Of a stretch of DNA of 33,818 nucleotides, positions 9,087-18,948 are shown piece by piece. Under the pieces are notes generated by a model, which was given only the letters and a program-made list of their open reading frames with translations, ran no database searches and was not told the DNA's origin. This DNA comes from an uncultured Methylomarinum sp. (GTDB taxonomy: Bacteria; Pseudomonadota; Gammaproteobacteria; Methylococcales; Methylomonadaceae). Location: NCBI GenBank assembly GCA_964442675.1, contig CAYUAE010000003.1:1-33818 (forward strand), in the 5' to 3' direction. Numbering within the stretch: the stretch's first letter is position 1; each line of letters opens with the position of its first letter. The position numbers were made by a program, and so were the translations under genes.

Positions 9087-10327
9087 TCAGACTCCATAAT
9101 ATGACTGTGCAGTTTAAGCCTTACCTGTTTCAGTGTGCGTTGAACCGGCTCCGGGTTCGGCGTGGCGTTAATATCCGGCAGCCGAATCAGCTTGTGGTAG
9201 AGTTTCAGCAAGGTGCTGTCCTGATAATCAGCATAATGCTGCAACAACCAGTCCATTAAATCCGGAACCGGTAATGACTGATACAAATGCTGTTGAATGG
9301 CGTCCTCGTCAACCTGCTCCAGTGTGACCAGCAGTGGCTCATCAGATTCTTCAGGGAAACTGACTGTTTTGGCCTGATAACCACGCGCCTGCTCCATCAG
9401 CGCCAGCAGCTCAGGGCCGGCGGCAATGGACTGGCTGCGTTGTTTGCGCCAGACCGGTACACACTGGCCGGGAAAGCTGCGATTGAGACCTTTTTTGCGT
9501 ACGTCCCCGAGTAACTGGCCGATAGCAGCACTTAAATGATTATGACGGCGAACTTCCTCACGCAGCGGCATTAAGGTGTTCGTCGCCTGTTTTAATGCCA
9601 GTCGCCCTTGCTGGCGAATATCTTTCACCCGAAAGCCCACTTGCCTGAGCATCTGCTGATGGCTGTACAAACCGCCTTGCGTAGACAGGGTCTGCACCAA
9701 GTTATCCAGCACCGACTCCGCCCGTTCCAACAAGGGATAAAAGGTGCCGCCGGCGCCGGAATCCATCAAGGCTTCCATCGGCAGCACATAATGGTCATAG
9801 GCGTCCAGCACTTCCCGATAACGCTGCGCCAGCGGGATGCTTTCATGACTGGATTTGGCGCGTTCGGCAATCGCTTGAATGGCATGGCTGTCGCGCTCCA
9901 GCGCCTGCAGAATTTCCCGCAATTGCTTGTCGATACGAATGGCGCCGCTTTGCAAGGCGGCCATGTCCCGTTCGTCCATCGCCTGTTGCATCTGCGCCAG
10001 GCCATTTTGAATATCGTTTATTCTGACTTTTAAAATTTCCGGCAGGCCGAGTTCGTGTTCATGCAACAGGCTGCTGACAAACTGGCTGACAACGTCATTG
10101 ATTTGCAAACTGTCGCTGTGAGACAGTTTTATCAAAAGTTCGCTGTTGATAAGCTGTTGCAGGCGTTCGATACATTGTTCCCGGCTGGAATCCGGGTACG
10201 CTTTTGCCAATAAGCTTAATACCTCATCCCGCTCAAAAGCGATATGTTCACGCCCCAGTGCCACCAGATATTCAATAATCTCCCAGTGCTTATCCAGAGC
10301 GCGTACCAGACTGCGTGGATTGATCAT
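9083..10327 (-). CDS. mksF: MksF/JetA kleisin subunit
   Basis: 414 aa helical protein, first gene of the four-gene block, PL.QRY.EVL.A.D.YV.PM motif resembling the Mks kleisin. Confidence 0.78.
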   Translation of the reverse strand: MINPRSLVRALDKHWEIIEYLVALGREHIAFERDEVLSLLAKAYPDSSREQCIERLQQLINSELLIKLSHSDSLQINDVVSQFVSSLLHEHELGLPEILKVRINDIQNGLAQMQQAMDERDMAALQSGAIRIDKQLREILQALERDSHAIQAIAERAKSSHESIPLAQRYREVLDAYDHYVLPMEALMDSGAGGTFYPLLERAESVLDNLVQTLSTQGGLYSHQQMLRQVGFRVKDIRQQGRLALKQATNTLMPLREEVRRHNHLSAAIGQLLGDVRKKGLNRSFPGQCVPVWRKQRSQSIAAGPELLALMEQARGYQAKTVSFPEESDEPLLVTLEQVDEDAIQQHLYQSLPVPDLMDWLLQHYADYQDSTLLKLYHKLIRLPDINATPNPEPVQRTLKQVRLKLHSHIMESE

Positions 10328-10364
10328 AGGACGGTGTTAATTTGTGAAGATTGTATTCACAGTC

Positions 10365-11618
10365 TCATTGCCGCAAATGGCCATTGCCATACGCTACCCA
10401 TTTATAGGTGGTGAGTTCGTCCGGGCCGACCGGGCCGCGGGCATGGAGCTTGTCAGTACTGATGCCGACGACCGAGCCCAAACCGTAATCGCCGCCACCG
10501 GAGAGGCGGGTTGAGGCATTGATCAGTACCGAAGCGGAATCGACCTGCTGTTCAAATTGCCAGGCCTTATCAAGGCTGCCGGTTGCAATGCTGTCGGTAT
10601 GACCGGAGCCATAGTGATTGATATGCGCAATCGCCTGATCAATATCGGTCACGACTCTGACCGCCAGGATGGGCGCCAGATATTCTGTTTGCCAGTCTTC
10701 TTCTGTAGCCGCCGCAATGTCGGGCAGGATATGCCGGGTTTTCTCGCAGCCGCGTAATTCGATGCCCTTGTCGCTAAAAGCAGTATGTAATCGCGGTAAC
10801 AGCTGTTCGGCACAGGCCTGGTCAATCAGTAATGTTTCCAGGGCATTACATACCTGCACGCTTTGACATTTGGCATTGATGGCCAAGGCGATGGCCTGCT
10901 CGGGTTCTGCGTCTTGCGCAATATATAAATGACAGATGCCATCATAATGTTTGATAACCGGAATACGGGTACCAGCGGCGATACGCTTGATCAATCCTTT
11001 ACCCCCGCGCGGAATCAGGACATCGATATAATCATCCATTTGCAGCAGTTGATCGACCGTTTCATGGCCGGGCTGGCGGATGATTTGAATCGCGTGTTCA
11101 GGCAGCCCGGCCCGTACAACCCCTTCAATCATGGCATCGGCCAACAGAATATTGGTTTGCAGGGCTTCCGAACCACCGCGCAGAATCAGTGCATTACCAC
11201 TTTTGATACAGACGCCAGCGGCATCGGTGGTGACATTGGGTCTGGATTCGTAAATCATGCCGATAACGCCCAGTGGCACCGATTTTTTATATACGCGCAA
11301 TCCAGCCGGGTTAGTATGACCGTGTAACACACGATTTAATGGATCTGGCCGCGCAGCAACTTTTTGCAGCCGCGATACAATATATTGAAAGACGTTTTCA
11401 TCCAGACTCAGACGTTTGAGCATCGCCGCAGGCAAGCCGGCCTGCCGGGCTTTGTCCACCTCCCTGGCATTAGCTCTCAGAATGGCCTGTTTTTGTTGTT
11501 GCAACGCTTCAGCCATATAGCTGAGGGCACTATTGCGCTGTGCCTCGCTGGTCGTCGCCAATTGCCTGGCAGCAAGCCGGCTTTGTTGAGCGATGGTTTC
11601 GATCGGATTTGCAGTCAT
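10365..11618 (-). CDS. proA: Gamma-glutamyl phosphate reductase
   Basis: VPLGVIGMIYESRPNVT, IPRGG, CNALETLL, GISTDKLHARGPVG motifs; start reassigned to ATG 11618 (MTANPIET) because the longer ORF overlaps fba. Confidence 0.95.
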   Translation of the reverse strand: MTANPIETIAQQSRLAARQLATTSEAQRNSALSYMAEALQQQKQAILRANAREVDKARQAGLPAAMLKRLSLDENVFQYIVSRLQKVAARPDPLNRVLHGHTNPAGLRVYKKSVPLGVIGMIYESRPNVTTDAAGVCIKSGNALILRGGSEALQTNILLADAMIEGVVRAGLPEHAIQIIRQPGHETVDQLLQMDDYIDVLIPRGGKGLIKRIAAGTRIPVIKHYDGICHLYIAQDAEPEQAIALAINAKCQSVQVCNALETLLIDQACAEQLLPRLHTAFSDKGIELRGCEKTRHILPDIAAATEEDWQTEYLAPILAVRVVTDIDQAIAHINHYGSGHTDSIATGSLDKAWQFEQQVDSASVLINASTRLSGGGDYGLGSVVGISTDKLHARGPVGPDELTTYKWVAYGNGHLRQ

Positions 11619-11634
11619 GGTCTCGGTTTTGTTT

Positions 11635-12654
11635 TCAGGATGAATAATACGAACGCATTTTGGCCAGCGACAGTGGTTTGATTTTAGCCGCGTGACCGGC
11701 ACAGCCAAAGGCTTCAAAGCGTGATTGACACAAGGCCTGCATGGCATCGCGGGCGGCCTGGTAAATTTTGCGCGCATCCAGTTCGGCGGCATGTTCCGGT
11801 TGTCCGACAAATTGCCGGATAGCGCCGGTGGAAGCCATTCTAAGGTCCGTATCGATATTGACTTTCCGCACGCCATAGCAAATGCCGGCGACGATCTCTT
11901 CGACCGGAACGCCATAGGTTTCCGGAATCTGACCGCCATAGCGGTTAATGATTTTCAGCCATTCCTGGGGTATCGAGCTGGAACCATGCATGACAAAATG
12001 CATGTTCGGCAGACGCTGTTGCAGCATTTTCAGGCGACTGATAACCAGCACCTCCCCGGTTGGCGGCTTGCTGAATTTGTAGGCACCATGACTGGTGCCG
12101 ATGGCGACGGCCAGTGCGTCAACCTGGGTTTGCTCGACAAAGGCGACTGCTTCATCGGGATCGGTGAGCAGACGCTGGGAATCGGCCGATGTCTGGTCAA
12201 TATGTTCCAGCGAGCCGAGACAGCCGATTTCACCTTCGACAGACACGCCGCAGGCATGTGCCATAGCGACGACTTGTCGAGTAACCTCCACATTGTATTC
12301 AAATGAGGCCGGCGTTTTCATATCGGCCAATAGCGAGCCATCCATCATCACCGAGCTGAAACCGGCTTGTATCGCCTGTGCGCAGATTGCAGGCGTCGGC
12401 CCGTGATCGCGGTGTAAAACAACCGGAATATGCGGATACTGTTCTATCGCAGCAAGCACCAGATGCCGCAAAAACACCTCGCCGGCATAGCGGTTGGCGC
12501 CGGCTGAAACCTGCATGATAACCGGGCTGTCGGCATTATCTGCCGCCTGCATAATAGCTTGCACCTGCTCCATGTTGCTGATGTTAAAAGCGGGTACGGC
12601 AAAATCATTTTCAGCCGCATAGTCCAGTAATTGTCGTAGTGATATCAATGCCAT
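11635..12654 (-). CDS. fba: Class II fructose-bisphosphate aldolase (CbbA/FbaA-like subtype)
   Basis: [49 protein letters not shown] motifs. Confidence 0.93.
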   Translation of the reverse strand: MALISLRQLLDYAAENDFAVPAFNISNMEQVQAIMQAADNADSPVIMQVSAGANRYAGEVFLRHLVLAAIEQYPHIPVVLHRDHGPTPAICAQAIQAGFSSVMMDGSLLADMKTPASFEYNVEVTRQVVAMAHACGVSVEGEIGCLGSLEHIDQTSADSQRLLTDPDEAVAFVEQTQVDALAVAIGTSHGAYKFSKPPTGEVLVISRLKMLQQRLPNMHFVMHGSSSIPQEWLKIINRYGGQIPETYGVPVEEIVAGICYGVRKVNIDTDLRMASTGAIRQFVGQPEHAAELDARKIYQAARDAMQALCQSRFEAFGCAGHAAKIKPLSLAKMRSYYSS

Positions 12655-12916
12655 CTGTCGTTTCCATCGTGAGCGTTAGCTAAGTTTCTGCCCGAAAACC
12701 CGCGGGCGAGATTACGGACGCCTTGTGCTTTTAATATATCATCAAGTTATTGTGTTATATAGGCTTTTACAGAGTTTCCAGCAAATCGGTGCAATATCGG
12801 CTGAATGGAAAACGCCGTGTTGCTTGTACTTAAACAATTACACATCATGTCAGCATAGAACTTTTGGAATTTACCGTCTATAGTAAAATCGCCTTTAATG
12901 AGATATTGCATTTTAT

Positions 12917-13996
12917 ATGACCCATAGACAATCACCGAAAACAATATTTCGGTGTACTATTCATAAATTCCTGACATCTTGCCTGTGGTTATTTTTTGGT
13001 CTGTGCCAACAAGCCAATAGCTATACCCTGGGTAACTACACCTTAGGCAATGGCTACACCCTGGGCCCCTGGACATTCAGCGGCTATGCCTTAGTTGAAC
13101 TTGTCGCCCCAATCCATCAGCAACAGGCCGTTGATTTATCCCTCGATGATCTGGCGATGTTTGGGCAAGGACGATTTAACCGCTATCTTAATCCATTTTT
13201 TGAGATTGAATATATTAATCAACCCCTTTGGACGGAAGGCCAGGGCGCTTTTGCGCATGCGGGAAAGTTTGATTTAGAGCGCCTTTATAATGACATCCTG
13301 ATTTCCGATAAACTGACGCTGCGTATCGGAAAAATGCTGGCGCCCGTTGGTGAATGGAACCAGATTCATGCCAGCCCTTTGGTGGCGACCACAATACGCC
13401 CTTTAACCACCTATCTGAATTTCTCGGAATTTATTTCCGGTTTTTCCGTGCTTTACTCACCACAATCTCAATGGCTGCCCAATATCGATCTGTATTATCA
13501 ACCCTGGACGGAATTGCTGCCTAAAAACCGTGAGATGCGCCCCGTTCGCTATAAGAATATCACGGGCATCAATTTACACTATGGCGATGAATTTTCCGGC
13601 CAAATAGCCTTCTCGGTGCAGCATGCTGAATTGACCACGCGCCGGGAACGGCAAACATTATTCACTGTCGATGGTCTCTATGATTTTGATTATGTAAAAT
13701 TCAGCACTCAACTTTTTTATGCATCAATTTATGGTTCAGAAAGCCGGCGCCGGCGCAATCATGAATGGGGCGGTTATCTGCAATGGATCGCACCTGTTAC
13801 CGAGCGCTGGTCATTGGTGAGCCGAGGCGAAACCTTCAGCCAGCGTGATGCGAGCCAATCACAACAGAATGTTGTATTGGGCGTTAATTTTCGCACCCAA
13901 AATGCATTGGTCTGGAAACTTGAATATGTTTTTCATTGGGGGGCCAACCTGGGCATAAATGAAGGTGTATACAGTTCTGTCGGGGTAATGTTCTGA
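12917..13996 (+). CDS. Putative outer-membrane beta-barrel (porin-like)
   Basis: N-terminal signal-like segment, alternating beta-strand pattern, LRIGK..PVG.WN motif, C-terminal ...SVGVMF. Confidence 0.65.
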   Translation: MTHRQSPKTIFRCTIHKFLTSCLWLFFGLCQQANSYTLGNYTLGNGYTLGPWTFSGYALVELVAPIHQQQAVDLSLDDLAMFGQGRFNRYLNPFFEIEYINQPLWTEGQGAFAHAGKFDLERLYNDILISDKLTLRIGKMLAPVGEWNQIHASPLVATTIRPLTTYLNFSEFISGFSVLYSPQSQWLPNIDLYYQPWTELLPKNREMRPVRYKNITGINLHYGDEFSGQIAFSVQHAELTTRRERQTLFTVDGLYDFDYVKFSTQLFYASIYGSESRRRRNHEWGGYLQWIAPVTERWSLVSRGETFSQRDASQSQQNVVLGVNFRTQNALVWKLEYVFHWGANLGINEGVYSSVGVMF

Positions 13997-14424
13997 TGCG
14001 TTCACTTGTTTTATTTTTAACCCTGTTGGCAGCACCCTCCGTTTTTGCTTTAGACAGCAAAATTACCATTATCGCCCATTTACCAGGGGCACCTACTTTA
14101 TCAGAATTACCCAAGGAAAAAATAAAGTCTGTTTATTTACTCAAACAACGCTTCTGGCCTGATGGCACACCTGTTATTGTCGTCAACAGACCCTCAGACA
14201 GTCCGTTGCGCAAGCGCTTTGAACACAAATTAGGACTCAACAGTAAAAAATATGCCTGGTATTTAAAAAAAATGTACTACAAAGGTATCCCGTTACCAAT
14301 CATCCAGAATTCCAGAAAAGCTGTCCTGTCATTTGTTGAACAGGTTCCCGGCGCCATTGCCTATATCGAAGGCAGCTTGCCAGATAAATACGCTCACATA
14401 ACCATCCTGGGCCAGCTTCAATGA
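13996..14424 (+). CDS. Small secreted single-lobe solute-binding-like (PstS-like) protein
   Basis: Signal peptide (VFA|L), WPDG.P..V and V..VPGAIAYI motifs; 1-bp overlap with the porin stop. Confidence 0.7.
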   Translation: MRSLVLFLTLLAAPSVFALDSKITIIAHLPGAPTLSELPKEKIKSVYLLKQRFWPDGTPVIVVNRPSDSPLRKRFEHKLGLNSKKYAWYLKKMYYKGIPLPIIQNSRKAVLSFVEQVPGAIAYIEGSLPDKYAHITILGQLQ

Positions 14425-16895
14425 TTAAACTCACGATCTTTCGTCAGCTGTTTTTAACCTATGGCGGCATTTTTATCCTTGTCTTAGGCGGTCTGTTTGG
14501 TGCAGCCGCCTTTGAGCTGACAGAATATCTGAAAACGCGTGCCTTTGAAGAAATCCACTTGCTGGCGACAGCAAAGCGCCAGGAACTGGAAGCGACATTG
14601 CGCCAGTCACTTACCAATCTCAAATCCTGGAGCAGTCTGGTCGTCATGAATGACGTATTGACAAAAGATGCGGACCTCAGAATTACCCGTACCCTGGAAA
14701 CCTTTAAAAAGCTGCACCAGTTACCCGGACATCTTTATGTCCTGGACCGTTCAGGACAACTCATCGCATCAGATCATCAAATGGCAGCACCCAAAGATCT
14801 AAAACATTACCTTATCTATTTGCAAAACAAACAGCATTTGATCGATAAACACATTGATCCCATTACCCATAAGCCTATTATTGCTTTATGGCAGCCGATA
14901 TACGCCAGTTTTGGTTTGAATGCACCGATAGGTTACCTGATCATGACCTATCCGTGGCAAAGTATTGCCTTAAGCCTGCAGATGCCCATACCCAAAAATC
15001 ATCTATTACTATTCAATCATGCTGGCGAGATTATCCTGAATGGCGATAAACTCCCCGATCAAGCCTCGGTAGATGTGCTAAAAGCCATTGTGTCTCGTAA
15101 GACCAATAGCCCGGACACCGTTATGCCTGAAATATCGATAGGTGATGATGACTATTTTATTGTCAACCTGGAAAATACTGACAATACGCCATTAACCAAC
15201 CTGTGGCACTGGGTTTCAATGGCTGATAGCACCCGTTTTTATGCCCCTATAAAACATCTCTTGACTATCGCGCTTGTCATTGCAGGCATTACCATTTTAT
15301 TAGTATTGACTATTATTCTGATAACCAGCCGTAAAATCAGTCAGCCCCTTCAAGCCTTGACCCGAACCGCGGTTGAAATTTCTACCACTTTAGATTTATC
15401 CAAACGTGTTCCCTTAGCTGGCAATAATGAAATTTTTCAACTCGGCACTGCCTTCAACGAGATGTGCCTGAAACTGGAAAAGACCTGGGCAGCCAAAAAC
15501 CGCATAACGCATGAATTACATGCGATCAACCAATCACTGGAGCAAAAAGTTGCCGAAAGAACCGAACACCTGGCCTGGCAGGCGACCCATGACCCACTGA
15601 CAAAATTACCCAACCGGGCGTTACTGTCTGAAAGGCTGGAACAAGCGATTCTCAGAGCTCAACGTAATCGAGAAATGTTGGCCGTTATCTTTATTGATCT
15701 TGACGGTTTTAAAGCCATTAATGACAGCTTTGGTCATCAAACAGGCGATTATTTACTCATCGAAATCGCCCGGCGTTTTGTGTCCATCATTCGCGAGCCT
15801 GATACTGTTGCCCGCCTTGGTGGCGATGAATTTGTCATCTTGATGCACATAGAAAAGCCAGATAACCTTACCGCGCCTTTAGAGCGTATTGTACAATTGA
15901 TTAATCAGCCAATTATCACCGAATCCGCACAGCTTAAAGTGTCTCCGAGTATCGGCGTGACTATTTTTCCGGATGATCCATCTGATTCAGAAGCACTTAT
16001 CCGCCATGCCGACCAGGCAATGTATGACGCCAAACAAAAAGGCCGCAATCAGGTTCAGTTTTTTAATACCGAAATGGACGGCCTGATCCATTCTGAACTT
16101 GTATTACGCCAGGAGATTAAAGTCGCTCTGGAAAGCGATCAATTCGTTTTATTCTATCAACCGCAAATTCATCTCGACAGCGGCAAGGTGATTGGCGCAG
16201 AAGCTTTGATTCGCTGGAATCATCCGCATAAGGGAATGATATTTCCCGATGAATTTATCCCGGCTATCGAGGACAGTGAACTTATGATAGAACTGGGGCG
16301 CTGGGTGATTCAACAAGCCTGTCAACAACTGCAGCAATGGAATAAACAGGGCCTAGTATTAAAAATCAGCGTCAATATCGCATGCTGCCATATTCAGCAT
16401 CCTGATTTTTTTAAAGAACTGGTGCAATTTTTAAAAAGCTACCCCGGTGTCAAGCCTGAACAAATCGTATTGGAAATTACTGAATCTGCGGCCATTAAAG
16501 ACTTTGATATTGCAAAAAACATGCTGCAAAGTTGTCACGATTACAATGTCCGCATCGCGCTCGATGATTTTGGAACGGGGTTTTCTTCGCTGACTTATCT
16601 GAGACGACTCCCCATTTCCTTTATCAAGATTGATAAAAGCTTTGTCATTGACATGCTGAATGATCCTGAAGATATGGCAATCGTTAAAGGGACTATCGGT
16701 TTGGCCGAAAGTTTTGACAAGCTGATTATTGCCGAAGGTATAGAATCCGATGAACACAGCGATATTCTGAAGATGATGAATTGCACCTATGGCCAGGGTT
16801 ATGGTATTTCCAAACCCTTAAGTGCCGAAGATTTCATGCGCTGGCTTGAAGCAAAACAATCCGTATCTGATAATGAGCCAGTTCTCCTGCCATAA
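14421..16895 (+). CDS. Membrane sensor diguanylate cyclase/phosphodiesterase (TM - Cache-like - TM - HAMP - GGDEF - EAL)
   Basis: Two TM helices, HAMP (PLQALT..DLSKRV..NEI.QLG.AFN.M), HDPLT.LPNR, intact GGDEF with RxxD I-site (REPD), EAL and DDFGTGFSS. Confidence 0.93.
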   Translation: MIKLTIFRQLFLTYGGIFILVLGGLFGAAAFELTEYLKTRAFEEIHLLATAKRQELEATLRQSLTNLKSWSSLVVMNDVLTKDADLRITRTLETFKKLHQLPGHLYVLDRSGQLIASDHQMAAPKDLKHYLIYLQNKQHLIDKHIDPITHKPIIALWQPIYASFGLNAPIGYLIMTYPWQSIALSLQMPIPKNHLLLFNHAGEIILNGDKLPDQASVDVLKAIVSRKTNSPDTVMPEISIGDDDYFIVNLENTDNTPLTNLWHWVSMADSTRFYAPIKHLLTIALVIAGITILLVLTIILITSRKISQPLQALTRTAVEISTTLDLSKRVPLAGNNEIFQLGTAFNEMCLKLEKTWAAKNRITHELHAINQSLEQKVAERTEHLAWQATHDPLTKLPNRALLSERLEQAILRAQRNREMLAVIFIDLDGFKAINDSFGHQTGDYLLIEIARRFVSIIREPDTVARLGGDEFVILMHIEKPDNLTAPLERIVQLINQPIITESAQLKVSPSIGVTIFPDDPSDSEALIRHADQAMYDAKQKGRNQVQFFNTEMDGLIHSELVLRQEIKVALESDQFVLFYQPQIHLDSGKVIGAEALIRWNHPHKGMIFPDEFIPAIEDSELMIELGRWVIQQACQQLQQWNKQGLVLKISVNIACCHIQHPDFFKELVQFLKSYPGVKPEQIVLEITESAAIKDFDIAKNMLQSCHDYNVRIALDDFGTGFSSLTYLRRLPISFIKIDKSFVIDMLNDPEDMAIVKGTIGLAESFDKLIIAEGIESDEHSDILKMMNCTYGQGYGISKPLSAEDFMRWLEAKQSVSDNEPVLLP

Positions 16896-16994
16896 ATGTG
16901 CAAAAAACATCGTCGCTCAACCGTCCTTGGTTTAGTCTTTTTGACCTGACCTTTTCAAACAAGGCCCCTGTTTTTCAATGATTTTGCACAGATT

Positions 16995-17399
16995 TTAATA
17001 ATTGATGGCACGGGGTAATTGTTTTGCCTGAGCGACCCAGTCTTCGACTTGCGAAACAGATGGAATTTTACGCACCAGATTTTTTTCCTCATTAATTTCT
17101 GCCATTTTGGTCTGTAGATTTTCGGGGTTGCGCTGAGCCAGTTCTGGAACGGTATCGACACCTGCACATTCTAGTAAATCAGCGTATTGGGTGCTAATGC
17201 CTTTAACCCGCGCTAAGTCTGCCCGATTTGTCCAATTCAGAATAAGTTTTTCGCTGATACCCGTTTTTTCGGCGATATCCTTACGGCCTTTTTTTTCACC
17301 GCAGGTTTCTAAAAGTGCTTCAACCGAGTTAATACCAGCCTGTTCGAGTTTAGAGGCATACCCTTCGCCGATGCCTTCAATTGCAACCAGTTTTGTCAT
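16995..17399 (-). CDS. DUF4332-like helix-hairpin-helix protein
   Basis: Two HhH-like motifs (IEGIG..YA.KL..AGI; VKGI..QYADLLE.AGVDTV.ELA.RN). Confidence 0.8.
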   Translation of the reverse strand: MTKLVAIEGIGEGYASKLEQAGINSVEALLETCGEKKGRKDIAEKTGISEKLILNWTNRADLARVKGISTQYADLLECAGVDTVPELAQRNPENLQTKMAEINEEKNLVRKIPSVSQVEDWVAQAKQLPRAINY

Positions 17400-17632
17400 T
17401 TTTTATCCCTTGAGTTAAGTATTTACACAGCTCTAACATTAAACATTAGTTGGTTTAGATCGGCAACCTTTGTTTCGTTTAAAGTAAGGTCTATCATTTG
17501 TTATTAAAGGATCAATATGTTTGAATTATCTATGAATGCCATGGCCAAAATATATTTTCATTTTAGCTGTTTGAGCGATTATCCCTGGTCATCACAGCCA
17601 CTTTCTTTATCTTCCGGCAAGGAGATTTTGCT

Positions 17633-18196
17633 ATGAAATTGTTTATCCGCAGTCTGCTTTTATTGTCGATAGCCATGCTGTTGACGGCCTGTAATAAAAC
17701 CTTGAAACCTGAGGAATTACCCGCCCATATCGTCGTCGGTGACGATTACTATACGCAGTTTGTGATCCGCTATGAAAAAGGCGTGCATTTAACGACCAAC
17801 TTTCGCCGCGGCGCATCTATCCCGGTCAATACCAAAGTGAGACTGTTAAAAATCAAGTCAAAAACTATAGAGGTACAACCGGAGAATATGGCCAAACCTT
17901 TGCTGATCAAAAATGTCAAAAAACATACCGGTGATGATATTTTTGCTGCATTTGACAAATTATTTGCTAAACGCAAAGTGAATTTAAGGCAATTCAACCG
18001 TCTGGAGCGCCGCCATATTAAAGAAGGTTCGGTCGGCAAAGGCATGCGCAAAAAAGCCGTACTGGTAGCCATTGGTTATCCGCCGATCACCGAAACACCT
18101 GATCTGGACATGAATATCTGGACCTATTGGAGTGGCCGCTTCAACCGCTTCCGTGTACATTTCCGCAATGGCAAAGTCTACAAAATCGTTGATTGA
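17633..18196 (+). CDS. Basic lipoprotein of unknown function (possible SmpA/BamE-like C-terminus)
   Basis: Lipobox LTAC; GM.K.AV..A.GYPP..W.YW..F..GKV C-terminal pattern; AAGGAG RBS. Confidence 0.7.
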   Translation: MKLFIRSLLLLSIAMLLTACNKTLKPEELPAHIVVGDDYYTQFVIRYEKGVHLTTNFRRGASIPVNTKVRLLKIKSKTIEVQPENMAKPLLIKNVKKHTGDDIFAAFDKLFAKRKVNLRQFNRLERRHIKEGSVGKGMRKKAVLVAIGYPPITETPDLDMNIWTYWSGRFNRFRVHFRNGKVYKIVD

Positions 18197-18948
18197 TGAG
18201 CCATTATAAAAAACGCCGCAAACGTAAATTGCACAAGCGCAGTACGCTGCCGCCAAAGCAGTCGGCTGAGGCGATTATTCAGGCCGGTAATAAACAGATT
18301 CAGACTCAATCTGGCTTAAGTCTTGTCGGCATGACGAAAGGCATTATCGTTACCTGTCTTTTTATGGCATATCCACTGTTGGTTTATATCGGTATCCAGC
18401 AACAAATGGCCTGGGTTGCGCCGACATTGTTTTCGGCAATTTATTTATTACAGGCCGTAAAAGTCCGCCGCTTAAAAGCCAAACTATATAAAGTCAGCAT
18501 CGCGGTTGTGCTGCTATCAGGTGCTTTTTATGTGCAAACACTGACCGCCAAGGCAATGCCGGTATTGATTCAGTTGATGCTGATGTTTGTGTTTGGTCGA
18601 ACCTTGTTGAAAAACCACGGCCCGTCCTTCATCGAACGCTTTGTGCGCCTGGAGTTTCCGCAGTTCCCCCCGGGCGTCAGTGATTATTTAGCCCGGCTGA
18701 CATTGATCTGGACGGTGTTTTTCGCCTTTAATGCCGTACTTTGTATTGCCTTGGCATTATGGGCAAGTGATCGATGGTGGGCGTTGTACAATGGGCTGAT
18801 TATTTATCTGTTAGTTGGATTGTTGATGATTGGCGAATACATTTACCGACATATTCGTTTCCCGGAGCTTTCCATTCCAAACCCTGCTGCCAGTCTGCGC
18901 AGCATGATTGTCAATGGTCGCAAAGTATGGATGGATTTGGAGAACTAA
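18196..18948 (+). CDS. Integral membrane protein (COG4648-like, as found in aryl-polyene/xanthomonadin-type clusters)
   Basis: About 6 hydrophobic helices; FG.TL..P.FIERF.R, Y..RLT.IW..FF..N and W.LYNG.I.Y..GEY.YR motifs; TGATG coupling to the lipoprotein gene. Confidence 0.72.
   Translation: MSHYKKRRKRKLHKRSTLPPKQSAEAIIQAGNKQIQTQSGLSLVGMTKGIIVTCLFMAYPLLVYIGIQQQMAWVAPTLFSAIYLLQAVKVRRLKAKLYKVSIAVVLLSGAFYVQTLTAKAMPVLIQLMLMFVFGRTLLKNHGPSFIERFVRLEFPQFPPGVSDYLARLTLIWTVFFAFNAVLCIALALWASDRWWALYNGLIIYLLVGLLMIGEYIYRHIRFPELSIPNPAASLRSMIVNGRKVWMDLEN

Noticed and set aside
11619-11939. 107-aa N-terminal extension of proA in the ORF track
   Set aside because: Overlaps fba in another frame; ProA homology starts at MTANPIET (11618)
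12042-12054. TAACCAGCACCTC resembling the MITE end inside fba
   Set aside because: Encodes conserved EVLVI; no partner IR or internal hairpin, so likely chance
18774-18947. N-terminal extension of the LolA-like ORF
   Set aside because: Overlaps the upstream gene; ATG 18948 gives a signal peptide and TAATG coupling
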